A stretch of 64,000 nucleotides of DNA from Eledone cirrhosa (lineage: Eukaryota). Made by a program: the position numbers and the translations under genes. Positions 12,138-25,551 of the stretch are shown piece by piece (positions within the stretch are counted from its first letter, which is position 1; every line of letters starts with the position of its first letter). The notes beneath the pieces were generated by a model. It saw nothing but the letters and a program-made list of their open reading frames with translations, ran no database searches and was not told where the DNA came from. The stretch is taken from positions 419,492,001 through 419,556,000 of the forward strand of contig OZ024740.1 in the NCBI GenBank assembly GCA_964016885.1. The letters are read 5' to 3'.

Positions 12138-13923
12138 ATTTTTTAGAATTTTGAAGTTGATAAAAGTTGGCAATATATTGATCTTGAATATAAGCTGAGG
12201 ACCCCTCCCTTATATTACCATACATATTGATCTCGAATATAAGCTGGGGACCCTCTCCCTCATATTACCATACATATTGATCTCGAATATAAGCTGAGGA
12301 CCCCCTCCCTTATATTACCATACATATTGATCTCGAATATAAGCTGGGGACCCTCTCCCTCATATTACCATACATATTGATCTTGAATATAAGCTGGGGA
12401 CCCCCTCCCTTATATTACCATACATATTGATCTTGAATATAAGCTGGGGACCCGCTCCCTCATATTACCATACATATTGATCTCGAATATAAGCTGGGGA
12501 CCCTCTCCCTCATATTACCATACATATTGATCTCGAATATAAGCTGGGGACCCTCTCCCTCATATTACCATACATATTGATCTCGAATATAAGCTGGGGA
12601 CCCTCTCCCTCATATTACCATACATATTGATCTCGAATATAAGCTGGGGACCCTCTCCCTCATATTATCATACATATTGATCTCGAATATAAGCTGAGGA
12701 CCCTCTCCCTCATATTATCATACATATTGATCTCGAATATAAGCTGAGGACCCTCTCCCTCATATTACCATACATATTGATCTTGAATATAAGCTGGGGA
12801 CCCCCTCCCTTATATTACCATACATATTGATCTTGAATATAAGCTGGGGACCCGCTCCCTCATATTACCATACATATTGATCTCGAATATAAGCTGGGGA
12901 CCCTCTCCCTCATATTACCATACATATTGATCTCGAATATAAGCTGGGGACCCTCTCCCTCATATTACCATACATATTGATCTCGAATATAAGCTGGGGA
13001 CCCTCTCCCTCATATTACCATACATATTGATCTCGAATATAAGCTGGGGACCCTCTCCCTCATATTATCATACATATTGATCTCGAATATAAGCTGAGGA
13101 CCTTCTCCCTCATATTATCATACATATTGATCTCGAATATAAGCTGAGGACCCTCTCCCTCATATTATCATACATATTGATCTCGAATATAAGCTGAGGA
13201 CCCTCTCCCTCATATTACCATACATATTGATCTTGAATATAAGCTGGGGACCCCCTCCCTTATATTACCATACATATTGATCTTGAATATAAGCTGGGGA
13301 CCCGCTCCCTCATATTACCATACATATTGATCTCGAATATAAGCTGGGGACCCTCTCCCTCATATTACCATACATATTGATCTCGAATATAAGCTGAGGA
13401 CCCTCTCCCTCATATTACCATACATATTGATCTCGAATATAAGCTGGGGACCCTCTCCCTCATATTACCATACATATTGATCTCGAAAATAAGCTGGGGA
13501 CCCTCTCCCTCATATTACCATACATATTGATCTCGAATATAAGCTGGGGACCCTCTCCCTCATATTATCATACATATTGATCTCGAATATAAGCTGAGGA
13601 CCTTCTCCCTCATATTATCATACATATTGATCTCGAATATAAGCTGAGGACCCTCTCCCTCATATTACCATACATATTGATCTCGAATATAAGCTGAGGA
13701 CCCTCTCCCTCATATTACCATACATATTGATCTCGAATATAAGCTGAGGACCCTCTCCCTCATATTATCATACATATTGATCTCGAATATAAGCTGGGGA
13801 CCCTCTCCCTCATATTATCATACATATTGATCTCGAATATAAGCTGGGGACCCTCTCCCTCATATTATCATACATATTTTTTTTGTTACATATTTCTTGA
13901 CTTATATACGAGTATATACGGTA
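12138..13923. mobile_element. pogo/Tigger-like MITE end expanded by an internal 50-bp array
   Basis: Left flank ttagaattttgaagttgataaaagttggcaatatattga matches 26645-26682; right end cttatatacgagtatatacggta is TIR + TA. Confidence 0.65.
12172..13878. repeat. 50-bp minisatellite, about 34 copies
   Basis: tacatattgatctcgaatataagctggggaccctctccctcatattacca tandem. Confidence 0.97.
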
Positions 13924-14124
13924 AATTAATTGTATTAAAATATGTTTAGTTTCAAATCACTTTAATTTAGTACTCATTAAGCTGCACCTTGAAAGGGATT
14001 GTACTAATTAAGGTCTCCTTCAAATTACTGACTTGCTTCAGGAATTTATTGATCAGTTTCAAGTGTTTTCTCTGATTTTAGAAATTTTTTTCCTTTTTTA
14101 AATGAATCAACTTATCATATCAAA

Positions 14125-14350
14125 TAATAATTCTTTCTACTTTTGGCACAAGGCCAGCAATTATCCAGTGTATTACTGGTACTTTATTTTATCGACCCAG
14201 TGCATTACTGGTACTTTATTTTATCGACCCCGTAAGGATCAAAGGCAAAGTTAACCTTGGCAGGATTTGAGCTCAGAATGGCAAGGGCCGTAACTCTATG
14301 CATCAAAGCATGGTGTCCGACCCTCTACCGATACTGCCAATCCACCACCA
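14125..14350 (-). mobile_element. SINE-A, full length with internal 32-bp duplication and TSD
   Basis: A-box (gtggattggcagtatcgg) and B-box on minus strand; TSD atcatatcaaataa on both sides. Confidence 0.85.
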
Positions 14351-14379
14351 TTATATCCACCACAATCATATCAAATAAC

Positions 14380-14616
14380 TAATATTCAATTCGTTTGCAA
14401 GGAAACAGCCACATTACACCATGTGTTGTAGACGGCCATCATCATCATCCTTTTGTTCTAGCAGTGACAGAGAGAAACAATCATATTGTTTCTGGGTTAT
14501 TGCTCTTTGTCAAGATTGTGTATCTCGTATCTCTCTTCTCTGAAACAATAGGATGACAGTAGTCGTCTAAAACACAGCGTAATGAACCTGTTTGCTTGCA
14601 AATGAATCAAATATTA
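14380..14616. mobile_element. Fold-back/MITE-like imperfect inverted repeat
   Basis: taatattcaattcgtttgcaaggaaacag...tgtgttgtagacg..tcatcct vs aggatgac..cgtctaaaacaca..ctgtttgcttgcaaatgaatcaaatatta. Confidence 0.6.
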
Positions 14617-14621
14617 CTATT

Positions 14622-14745
14622 ATGGTCTGAGTTCAAATCCCGCCGAGATTAACTTTGCCTTTCATCCTTACGGGGTCAATAAAATAAAGTACCAGTAATA
14701 CACTAGGATAATTGCTGGCCTTGTGCCAAAAGTAGAAACAATTAT
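14622..14745 (+). mobile_element. 5'-truncated SINE-A
   Basis: tctgagttcaaatcccgccgag...ttgtgccaaaagtagaaacaattatt. Confidence 0.85.
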
Positions 14746-14835
14746 TCAATATAAAACTCACAAATACAACTAATCATTATTTCTTGGTGTTTCAATACAG
14801 CAAATACCTAAACTAATATAAAACACTTATAAATA

Positions 14836-14995
14836 TCATCATCATCATCACTGTTTAACATCCATTTTTCCATGCTAGCATGAGTTAGACAAGTTATCCT
14901 GTTGTGAGCAATGCCAGGTCAGTTGACCGTGTCTTAATCATACAGAACTGATTTGGGCTTGGTTTTTATGGCTGGATGCCCTTCCTAGTGCCAAC
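14836..14995 (-). mobile_element. RTE-type 3' tail flanking the 48-bp satellite
   Basis: (CAT)n, tttaacatccatttttccatgctagcat, ggctggatgcccttcctagtgccaacc. Confidence 0.8.
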
Positions 14996-17900
14996 CTTAT
15001 TTACAGTGAATACTGGGTGCTTTTTGTCATGACACCTACATGACCACTTTACAGTGAATACTGGGTGCTTTTTGTCATGACACCTACATGACCACTTTAC
15101 AGTGTGAACTGGGTGCTTTTTGTCATGACACCTACATGGCCACTTTACAGTGTGAACTGGGTGCTTTTTGTCATGACACCTACATGACCACTTTACAGTG
15201 AATACTGGGTGCTTTTTGTCATGACACCTACATGACCACTTTACAGTGTGAACTGGATGCTTTTTGTCATGACACATACATGGCCACTTTACAGTGAGTA
15301 TTGGGTGCTTTTTGTCATGATGCCTACATGGCCACTTTACAGTGTGAACTGGGTGCTTTTTTTCATGACACCTACATGACCACTTTACAGTGTGAACTGG
15401 GTGCTTTTTGTCATGACACCTACATGACCACTTTACAGTGAGTACTGGGTGCTTTTTGTCATGACACCTACATCCCCACTTTACAGTGTGAACTGGGTGC
15501 TTTTTGTCATGACACCTACATGACCACTTTACAGTGAGTACTGGGTGCTTTTTGTCATGACACCTACATCCCCACTTTACAGTGTGAACTGGGTGCTTTT
15601 TGTCATGACACCTACATCCCCACTTTACAGTGTGAACTGGGTGCTTTTTGTCATGACACCTACATGGCCACTTTACAGTGAGTACTGGGTGCTTTTTGTC
15701 ATGACACCTACATCCCCACTTTACAGTGAGTACTGGGTGCTTTTTGTCATGACACCTACATCCCCACTTTACAGTGTGAACTGGGTGCTTTTTGTCATGA
15801 CACCTACATCCCCACTTTACAGTGTGAACTGGGTGCTTTTTGTCATGACACCTACATGGCCACTTTACAGTGTGTACTGGGTGCTTTTTGTCATGACACC
15901 TACATGGCCACTTTACAGTGTGAACTGGGTGCTTTTTGTCATGACACCTACATGGCCACTTTACAGTGAGAACTGGGTGCTTTTTGTCATGACACCTACA
16001 TCCCCACTTTACAGTGTGAACTGGGTGCTTTTTGTCATGACACCTACATGGCCACTTTACAGTGAGTACTGGGTGCTTTTTGTCATGATGCCTACATCCC
16101 CACTTTACAGTGTGAACTGGGTGCTTTTTGTCATGACACCTACATGGCCACTTTACAGTGAGTACTGGGTGCTTTTTGTCATGACACCTACATGGCCACT
16201 TTACAGTGAGTACTGGGTGCTTTTTGTCATGATGCCTACATCCCCACTTTACAGTGTGAACTGGGTGCTTTTTGTCATGACACCTACATGACCACTTTAC
16301 AGTGTGAACTGGGTGCTTTTTGTCATGACACCTACATGGCCACTTTACAGTGAGTACTGGGTGCTTTTTGTCATGATGCCTACATCCCCACTTTACAGTG
16401 TGAACGGTGCTTTTTGTCATGACACCTACATGGCCACTTTACAGTGAGTACTGGGTGCTTTTTGTCATGATGCCTACATCCCCACTTTACAGTGTGAACT
16501 GGGTGCTTTTTGTCATGACACCTACATGACCACTTTACAGTGTGAACTGGGTGCTTTTTGTCATGACACCTACATGGCCACTTTACAGTGAGTACTGGGT
16601 GCTTTTTGTCATGATGCCTACATCCCCACATTACAGTGAGTACTGGGTGCTTTTTGTCATGACACCTACATCCCCACTTTACAGTGTGAACTGGGTGCTT
16701 TTTGTCATGACACCTACATGGCCACTTTACAGTGTGAACTGGGTGCTTTTTGTCATGATGCCTACATGGCCACTTTACAGTGTGAACTGGGTGCTTTTTG
16801 TCATGACACCTACATGGCCACTTTACAGTGAGTACTGGGTGCTTTTTGTCATGATGCCTACATCCCCACTTTACAGTGTGAACTGGGTGCTTTTTGTCAT
16901 GACACCTACATGGCCACTTTACAGTGTGTACTGGGTGCTTTTTGTCATGACACCTACATGGCCACTTTACAGTGAGTACTGGGTGCTTTTTGTCATGATG
17001 CCTACATCCCCACTTTACAGTGTGAACTGGGTGCTTTTTGTCATGACACCTACATGACCACTTTACAGTGTGAACTGGGTGCTTTTTGTCATGACACCTA
17101 CATGGCCACTTTACAGTGTGAACTGGGTGCTTTTTGTCATGATGCCTACATGGCCACTTTACAGTGTGAACTGGGTGCTTTTTGTCATGACACCTACATG
17201 GCCACTTTACAGTGAGTACTGGGTGCTTTTTGTCATGATGCCTACATCCCCACTTTACAGTGTGAACTGGGTGCTTTTTGTCATGACACCTACATGACCA
17301 CTTTACAGTGTGAATTGGGTGCTTTTTGTCATGACACCTACATGGCCACTTTACAGTGAGTACTGGGTGCTTTTTGTCATGATGCCTACATCCCCACTTT
17401 ACAGTGTGAACTGGGTGCTTTTTGTCATGACACCTACATGGCCACTTTACAGTGAGTACTGGGTGCTTTTTGTCATGATGCCTACATCCCCACTTTACAG
17501 TGTGAACTGGGTGCTTTTTGTCATGACACCTACATGACCACTTTACAGTGTGAACTGGGTGCTTTTTGTCATGACACCTACATGGCCACTTTACAGTGAG
17601 AACTGGGTGCTTTTTGTCATGACACCTACATGGCCACTTTACAGTGAGAACTGGGTGCTTTTTGTCATGACACCTACATGGCCACTTTACAGTGAGTACT
17701 GGGTGCTTTTTGTCATGACACCTACATGGCCACTTTACAGTGTGAACTGGGTGCTTTTTGTCATGACACCTACATGGCCACTTTACAGTGAGTACTGGGT
17801 GCTTTTTGTCATGACACCTACATGGCCACTTTACAGTGTGAACTGGGTGCTTTTTGTCATGACACCTACATGACCACTTTACAGTGTGAACTGGGTGCTT

Positions 17901-20900
17901 TTTGTCATGACACCTACATGGCCACTTTACAGTGAGTACTGGGTGCTTTTTGTCATGACACCTACATGACCACTTTACAGTGTGAACTGGGTGCTTTTTG
18001 TCATGACACCTACATGGCCACTTTACAGTGAGTACTGGGTGCTTTTTGTCATGATGCCTACATCCCCACATTACAGTGAGTACTGGGTGCTTTTTGTCAT
18101 GACACCTACATCCCCACTTTACAGTGTGAACTGGGTGCTTTTTGTCATGACACCTACATGGCCACTTTACAGTGTGAACTGGGTGCTTTTTATCATGATG
18201 CCTACATGGCCACTTTACAGTGTGAACTGGGTGCTTTTTGTCATGACACCTACATGACCACTTTACAGTGAGTACTGGGTGCTTTTTGTCATGACACCTA
18301 CATCCCCACTTTACAGTGTGAACTGGGTGCTTTTTGTCATGACACCTACATCCCCACTTTACAGTGTGAACTGGGTGCTTTTTGTCATGACACCTACATG
18401 GCCACTTTACAGTGAGTACTGGGTGCTTTTTGTCATGACACCTACATCCCCACTTTACAGTGAGTACTGGGTGCTTTTTGTCATGACACCTACATCCCCA
18501 CTTTACAGTGTGAACTGGGTGCTTTTTGTCATGACACCTACATCCCCACTTTACAGTGTGAACTGGGTGCTTTTTGTCATGACACCTACATGGCCACTTT
18601 ACAGTGTGTACTGGGTGCTTTTTGTCATGACACCTACATGGCCACTTTACAGTGTGAACTGGGTGCTTTTTGTCATGACACCTACATGGCCACTTTACAG
18701 TGAGAACTGGGTGCTTTTTGTCATGACACCTACATCCCCACTTTACAGTGTGAACTGGGTGCTTTTTGTCATGACACCTACATGGCCACTTTACAGTGAG
18801 TACTGGGTGCTTTTTGTCATGATGCCTACATCCCCACTTTACAGTGTGAACTGGGTGCTTTTTGTCATGACACCTACATGGCCACTTTACAGTGAGTACT
18901 GGGTGCTTTTTGTCATGACACCTACATGGCCACTTTACAGTGAGTACTGGGTGCTTTTTGTCATGATGCCTACATCCCCACTTTACAGTGTGAACTGGGT
19001 GCTTTTTGTCATGACACCTACATGACCACTTTACAGTGTGAACTGGGTGCTTTTTGTCATGACACCTACATGGCCACTTTACAGTGAGTACTGGGTGCTT
19101 TTTGTCATGATGCCTACATCCCCACTTTACAGTGTGAACGGTGCTTTTTGTCATGACACCTACATGGCCACTTTACAGTGAGTACTGGGTGCTTTTTGTC
19201 ATGATGCCTACATCCCCACTTTACAGTGTGAACTGGGTGCTTTTTGTCATGACACCTACATGACCACTTTACAGTGTGAACTGGGTGCTTTTTGTCATGA
19301 CACCTACATGGCCACTTTACAGTGAGTACTGGGTGCTTTTTGTCATGATGCCTACATCCCCACATTACAGTGAGTACTGGGTGCTTTTTGTCATGACACC
19401 TACATCCCCACTTTACAGTGTGAACTGGGTGCTTTTTGTCATGACACCTACATGGCCACTTTACAGTGTGAACTGGGTGCTTTTTGTCATGATGCCTACA
19501 TGGCCACTTTACAGTGTGAACTGGGTGCTTTTTGTCATGACACCTACATGGCCACTTTACAGTGAGTACTGGGTGCTTTTTGTCATGATGCCTACATCCC
19601 CACTTTACAGTGTGAACTGGGTGCTTTTTGTCATGACACCTACATGGCCACTTTACAGTGTGTACTGGGTGCTTTTTGTCATGACACCTACATGGCCACT
19701 TTACAGTGAGTACTGGGTGCTTTTTGTCATGATGCCTACATCCCCACTTTACAGTGTGAACTGGGTGCTTTTTGTCATGACACCTACATGACCACTTTAC
19801 AGTGTGAACTGGGTGCTTTTTGTCATGACACCTACATGGCCACTTTACAGTGTGAACTGGGTGCTTTTTGTCATGATGCCTACATGGCCACTTTACAGTG
19901 TGAACTGGGTGCTTTTTGTCATGACACCTACATGGCCACTTTACAGTGAGTACTGGGTGCTTTTTGTCATGATGCCTACATCCCCACTTTACAGTGTGAA
20001 CTGGGTGCTTTTTGTCATGACACCTACATGACCACTTTACAGTGTGAATTGGGTGCTTTTTGTCATGACACCTACATGGCCACTTTACAGTGAGTACTGG
20101 GTGCTTTTTGTCATGATGCCTACATCCCCACTTTACAGTGTGAACTGGGTGCTTTTTGTCATGACACCTACATGGCCACTTTACAGTGAGTACTGGGTGC
20201 TTTTTGTCATGATGCCTACATCCCCACTTTACAGTGTGAACTGGGTGCTTTTTGTCATGACACCTACATGACCACTTTACAGTGTGAACTGGGTGCTTTT
20301 TGTCATGACACCTACATGGCCACTTTACAGTGAGAACTGGGTGCTTTTTGTCATGACACCTACATGGCCACTTTACAGTGAGAACTGGGTGCTTTTTGTC
20401 ATGACACCTACATGGCCACTTTACAGTGAGTACTGGGTGCTTTTTGTCATGACACCTACATGGCCACTTTACAGTGTGAACTGGGTGCTTTTTGTCATGA
20501 CACCTACATGGCCACTTTACAGTGAGTACTGGGTGCTTTTTGTCATGACACCTACATGGCCACTTTACAGTGTGAACTGGGTGCTTTTTGTCATGACACC
20601 TACATGACCACTTTACAGTGTGAACTGGGTGCTTTTTGTCATGACACCTACATGGCCACTTTACAGTGAGTACTGGGTGCTTTTTGTCATGACACCTACA
20701 TGACCACTTTACAGTGTGAACTGGGTGCTTTTTGTCATGACACCTACATGGCCACTTTACAGTGAGTACTGGGTGCTTTTTGTCATGATGCCTACATCCC
20801 CACATTACAGTGAGTACTGGGTGCTTTTTGTCATGACACCTACATCCCCACTTTACAGTGTGAACTGGGTGCTTTTTGTCATGACACCTACATGGCCACT

Positions 20901-22445
20901 TTACAGTGTGAACTGGGTGCTTTTTATCATGATGCCTACATGGCCACTTTACAGTGTGAACTGGGTGCTTTTTGTCATGACACCTACATGGCCACTTTAC
21001 AGTGAGTACTGGGTGCTTTTTGTCATGATGCCTACATCCCCACTTTACAGTGTGAACTGGGTGCTTTTTGTCATGACACCTACATGACCACTTTACAGTG
21101 TGAACTGGGTGCTTTTTGTCATGACACCTACATGGCCACTTTACAGTGAGTACTGGGTGCTTTTTGTCATGATGCCTACATCCCCACTTTACAGTGTGAA
21201 CTGGGTGCTTTTTGTCATGACACCTACATGGCCACTTTACAGTGAGTACTGGGTGCTTTTTGTCATGATGCCTACATCCCCACTTTACAGTGTGAACTGG
21301 GTGCTTTTTGTCATGACACCTACATGACCACTTTACAGTGTGAACTGGGTGCTTTTTGTCATGACACCTACATGGCCACTTTACAGTGAGTACTGGGTGC
21401 TTTTTGTCATGATGCCTACATCCCCACTTTACAGTGTGAACTGGGTGCTTTTTGTCATGACACCTACATGACCACTTTACAGTGTGAACTGGGTGCTTTT
21501 TGTCATGACACCTACATGGCCACTTTACAGTGAGAACTGGGTGCTTTTTGTCATGACACCTACATGGCCACTTTACAGTGAGAACTGGGTGCTTTTTGTC
21601 ATGACACCTACATGGCCACTTTACAGTGAGTACTGGGTGCTTTTTGTCATGACACCTACATGGCCACTTTACAGTGTGAACTGGGTGCTTTTTGTCATGA
21701 CACCTACATGGCCACTTTACAGTGAGTACTGGGTGCTTTTTGTCATGACACCTACATGGCCACTTTACAGTGTGAACTGGGTGCTTTTTGTCATGACACC
21801 TACATGGCCACTTTACAGTGTGAACTGGGTGCTTTTTGTCATGACACCTACATGGCCACTTTACAGTGAGTACTGGGTGCTTTTTGTCATGACACCTACA
21901 TGACCACTTTACAGTGTAAACTGGGTGCTTTTTGTCATGACACCTACATGGCCACTTTACAGTGAGTACTGGGTGCTTTTTGTCATGACACCTACATGGC
22001 CACTTTACAGTGTGAACTGGGTGCTTTTTGTCATGACACCTACATGGCCACTTTACAGTGTGAACTGGGTGCTTTTTGTCATGACACCTACATGGCCACT
22101 TTACAGTGTGAACTGGGTGCTTTTTGTCATGACACCTACATGGCCACTTTACAGTGTGAACTGGGTGCTTTTTGTCATGACACCTACATGACCACTTTAC
22201 AGTGTGAACTGGGTGCTTTTTGTCATGACACCTACATGGCCACTTTACAGTGAGTACTGGGTGCTTTTTGTCATGACACCTACATGGCCACTTTACAGTG
22301 AGTACTGGGTGCTTTTTGTCATGACACCTACATGACCACTTTACAGTGTGAACTGGGTGCTTTTTGTCATGACACCTACATGGCCACTTTACAGTGAGTA
22401 CTGGGTGCTTTTTGTCATGATGCCTACATCCCCACATTACAGTGG
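14995..22445. repeat. 48-bp satellite, about 155 copies, with 2734-bp higher-order duplication
   Basis: cactttacagtgtgaactgggtgctttttgtcatgacacctacatggc tandem; same 2-bp deletion at about 16405 and 19139. Confidence 0.98.
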
Positions 22446-24027
22446 GGACTGGAGGCTTCACTGGGTGTATACTTCAGCCTGTCTTCATGGAGATGTATGG
22501 GAGTGGGTGTGGTGGTGCATACTATATATATGCTTCAGCTTGTGCCCGTGGGAATTCGGATCTTCTGTATTCACCATGTTATTAGACCAGTCACCACCTC
22601 AAAACTAAATACTGTTTTCAGGTTAGCTTCATGCCTCTGAAGATGGCCATAAGTGTGACTAAAAGCTCAGCGAATATTTTCCTTTTACTTTTAGCTTTGA
22701 AAATAATAAACACTCGTTCGGTGTATATATGTTTGTGTTTGTGGATGGGAGTGTAATATATTGAACAATTTTCATTAGTTTTACATTTATTTTCTATGGT
22801 TGTATATGAACTCTGTGTCTGAAATATTACATTTTCCCATACATTACAATCCCAATCACCATATTTCATAAAAATGTTGGTGCTCTTCTCATTACCAATG
22901 CTAGCACATGTATATCTTAACGCTTTTAATGCCAACTTGCCTTAGACTACAAATGTTTATATTAAAATTTCTATTAAAATCCTAATATAACATGGAAAGT
23001 TACAGATATTTTATTAAACCCAAAATCTTGATAATGAATAGAAACACATAGTCATGGCTTATTTGTTAGAAATATAATCACAAAATAGTTAATATTTTCT
23101 ATACACAAAACATTTAGTTTTTTAAATTTTGGCGAAAGAAAAGCAGTTTGGCGAAAGAAAAGCAGTTGTTTACCTTAGCACTGTCTAGCTGCAAGAGAGA
23201 TCTTCCGAGCCGACGCGGGAATTTTTCCCTCAGGGCGCGTAGAGATACATTCTCCTCCGCTGGCAGTCATTGGCTGGGCTGAGCCAAATAACGCACGGAG
23301 AATGTATGAGCTCGCGGAATGTAGGTCACTACAAACATGAAGAATTATATCAAGAAGTTATACTGGTTAAATAAATATAGTGTCAATGAATGAAATGGAA
23401 AATCCTAGATTTATATTGAGTGACTGCCCCAGCAGTATTGTTGCCAGGAAACATGTGCCTGCCTCTCATACTTCACATCAAAACAAGCAAGAAAAGAAGA
23501 CGAAAAGCTTGTGTTTGAGTTGGCTCACCAACTGGAAATTGATGTGCTAGTGTAATTTAGAGGTGAAGTACTCTGAAATGAAAGGATGGATGTTAATAAA
23601 ATTGCTCCATTGAGTGGTTAGTCAATTAATTGATCAATTGATTCACTGAGATACAAGTCAGTTTTAGTTTCCGTTAGATCATCATCATCATCATCATCAG
23701 CAGCAGCATGTTCTTTATAATATTTTATTAGGTGCTAATTACGACAGCGAATTTAGGTTTGGCTGAATATTTGTAGTCAATGTAGAGAAATCACCAGATC
23801 ATTAAACTCCATAATGATTTTCTATAGATTTATCGTGTCTTTGCATCTGTAAGCAAAACCCTTTCTATCAGCTGAGCTATATCACTAAAGTACACTGTTT
23901 TCACAAGACTATGAGCTATTATACATCCACATAATTAACAACTTATCATTTTCCTAATAGTCTCTTCAGTACATTTTGGCAGATCTTCCAGGAAAGTTTT
24001 TGTTTTGTTCTTTGTTGTTGGCATTAT

Positions 24028-24220
24028 ATGTGGTGGATTGGCAGTATCGGTAGAGGGTCTGACGCTATGCTTTGCAGCAAAGAGTTACGCCCCTTTATGG
24101 TTTGAGTTCAAATCCCGCCGAGGTTAACTTTGCCTTTCATCCTTACGGGGTCGATAAAATAAAGTACCAGTAATGCACTGGATAATTGCTGGCCTTGTGC
24201 CAAAAGTAGAAACAATTATC
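24028..24220 (+). mobile_element. SINE-A full length
   Basis: gtggtggattggcagtatcggtagag A-box, gagttcaaatccc B-box, ctttcatccttacggggtcgataaaataaagtaccag central domain (MetaSINE-like, recalled); TSD attat.tgtgg. Confidence 0.85.
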
Positions 24221-24394
24221 TGTGGCTTATTTGTAATGTCACACACACTTCATATAAATATAGAACCTTGTTGACATTTGAGATTAGCTGCTACTAATGT
24301 AATGTTCAAAGTTTATTTCATACAACTGGCATTTTCTATTGCTCGGTCTACACCAAAATTCAAAGGCTGCGACAGTGTGAAAGGTGTGGTATGA

Positions 24395-24577
24395 TTAACC
24401 CTTTAGCAGTTAAATCGGCCAGAATTTTCTCACCTCTTTCTGTTCAAACCGGCTGTTACTGGCCATTCATACTGATGTTATGGTATTTTTCTCAAAATAA
24501 ATAATCAAAATATCAAAATCTCATAGATTCAATATTATGTGAAGTATTAGAGTAATGTAAATGCTAAAGAGTTTTAA
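24395..24577. mobile_element. piggyBac-like MITE (family 1)
   Basis: TTAACCCtttagcag...taaatgctaaagagtttt. Confidence 0.65.
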
Positions 24578-24584
24578 AAAGGGT

Positions 24585-24705
24585 ACAGGCCCCCTTCGGT
24601 CATGAATGACCATGGGATTTGCACCAAGAAAGTTCCACGCCGAGGCGCAAATCTGGGCAAGGTTGTTTGTGGTAGACCAACAGTCGACCATGCATACCAG
24701 CCTCA
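24585..24705 (-). mobile_element. 3' tail of SINE-B variant
   Basis: Matches 49715-49830 (tcggtca.gaatgaccatgg..ttgcacc.agaaagtt). Confidence 0.6.
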
Positions 24706-24999
24706 CATATTAAGTGGTCAGTTTGGTATACACTCTATATCTAAGACTATAGCTTATGATTTTCTGCTTTAGTCATTCCATTGATTCATATTACAAGGAA
24801 TTGTTATTATTAAACTTATATTTGTAAGTGATCTCTTCCCATTGATTCTGGGATTATATCCTTACTTAGGCTAACATGGAAAAATGGATGTTAAACAATA
24901 GTGATGATGATGATGATTACAGTGTCAAAGCTCTAAGTAGTTCTTCACCCTAAACCATTGGCAGTGAAAGACACAACCAATGTGTTTCAACTAATTTTG

Positions 25000-25378
25000 A
25001 AAATAATAAAATAGTAAGAGAGTATTGAAGTTTGCTTGAAGCATTGTGGAATAATAAGGTAAATTTCTTTAAGTTGTTTGGAAGCCTCGACAATGCAGAT
25101 GGGTAAATCTCTGGGTAACAAGATCCGGTAGTGGAGAGAGAGATGTAAGTGGGTGTACGTTGAGAAGCGTGGCGTGTATAAGACGTGTAGAGGAATGAAG
25201 GATAGAGCGTAAAGGATAAAAATAAAAATAACAACACGAGAGAGAGTTACCTTGGGAGAGATTTAATTGTCCCTATATATTTCGGATTCACATCCATCAA
25301 CTGGGGGTATTTTCCGGGGTGAGGGAAAGGTTGTCTGTCGGAAAGGTGCGAAAAGTGTCCTCCGCTGTTCGTTGTTTT
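25000..25378 (-). mobile_element. Probable Penelope-like relic with degenerate hammerhead at 25271-25306
   Basis: Minus: ccc CAGTTGA t GGAT gtga ATCC GAAA TATA TA ggg. Confidence 0.4.
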
Positions 25379-25451
25379 GACAAACAGCTCGAATTACACC
25401 GTACAGTGTTTAGGCAACCACGTCACCTTTTTGTTCAACACTGACACAGGA

Positions 25452-25494
25452 ATGATGTACTAGTTTCAAGCTTATTAGCTATCATCAGCATCGT
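25452..25494 (-). ncRNA. Minimal type I hammerhead ribozyme
   Basis: acGATG CTGATGA t AGCT aata AGCT t GAAA CTAG TA CATCat. Confidence 0.7.
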
Positions 25495-25551
25495 ATACCT
25501 TCCTGCCAGATGGTTGAATGTCTGAAAGTATATACTTTCCTTATGCATATT

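Noticed and set aside
11437-12225. Gly/His/Tyr-rich repeat ORFs reminiscent of cephalopod structural proteins
   Set aside because: Several frames on both strands are open, C-run lengths vary out of frame at the array edges, and there is no signal peptide
14966-22461. Three long Cys/His-rich ORFs (484, 924, 1115 aa; CRCHDKKHPVHTVKWP repeats) resembling a metal-binding protein
   Set aside because: A 48-bp unit lacking a stop in one frame gives such ORFs automatically. The unit derives from a LINE 3' UTR, is broken by frameshifts and has no unique N- or C-terminus. Only Ribo-seq or proteomics could rescue it.
24028-24125. tRNA genes at A/B-box motifs
   Set aside because: All are heads of multi-copy SINEs, with no complete cloverleaf or Pol III terminator
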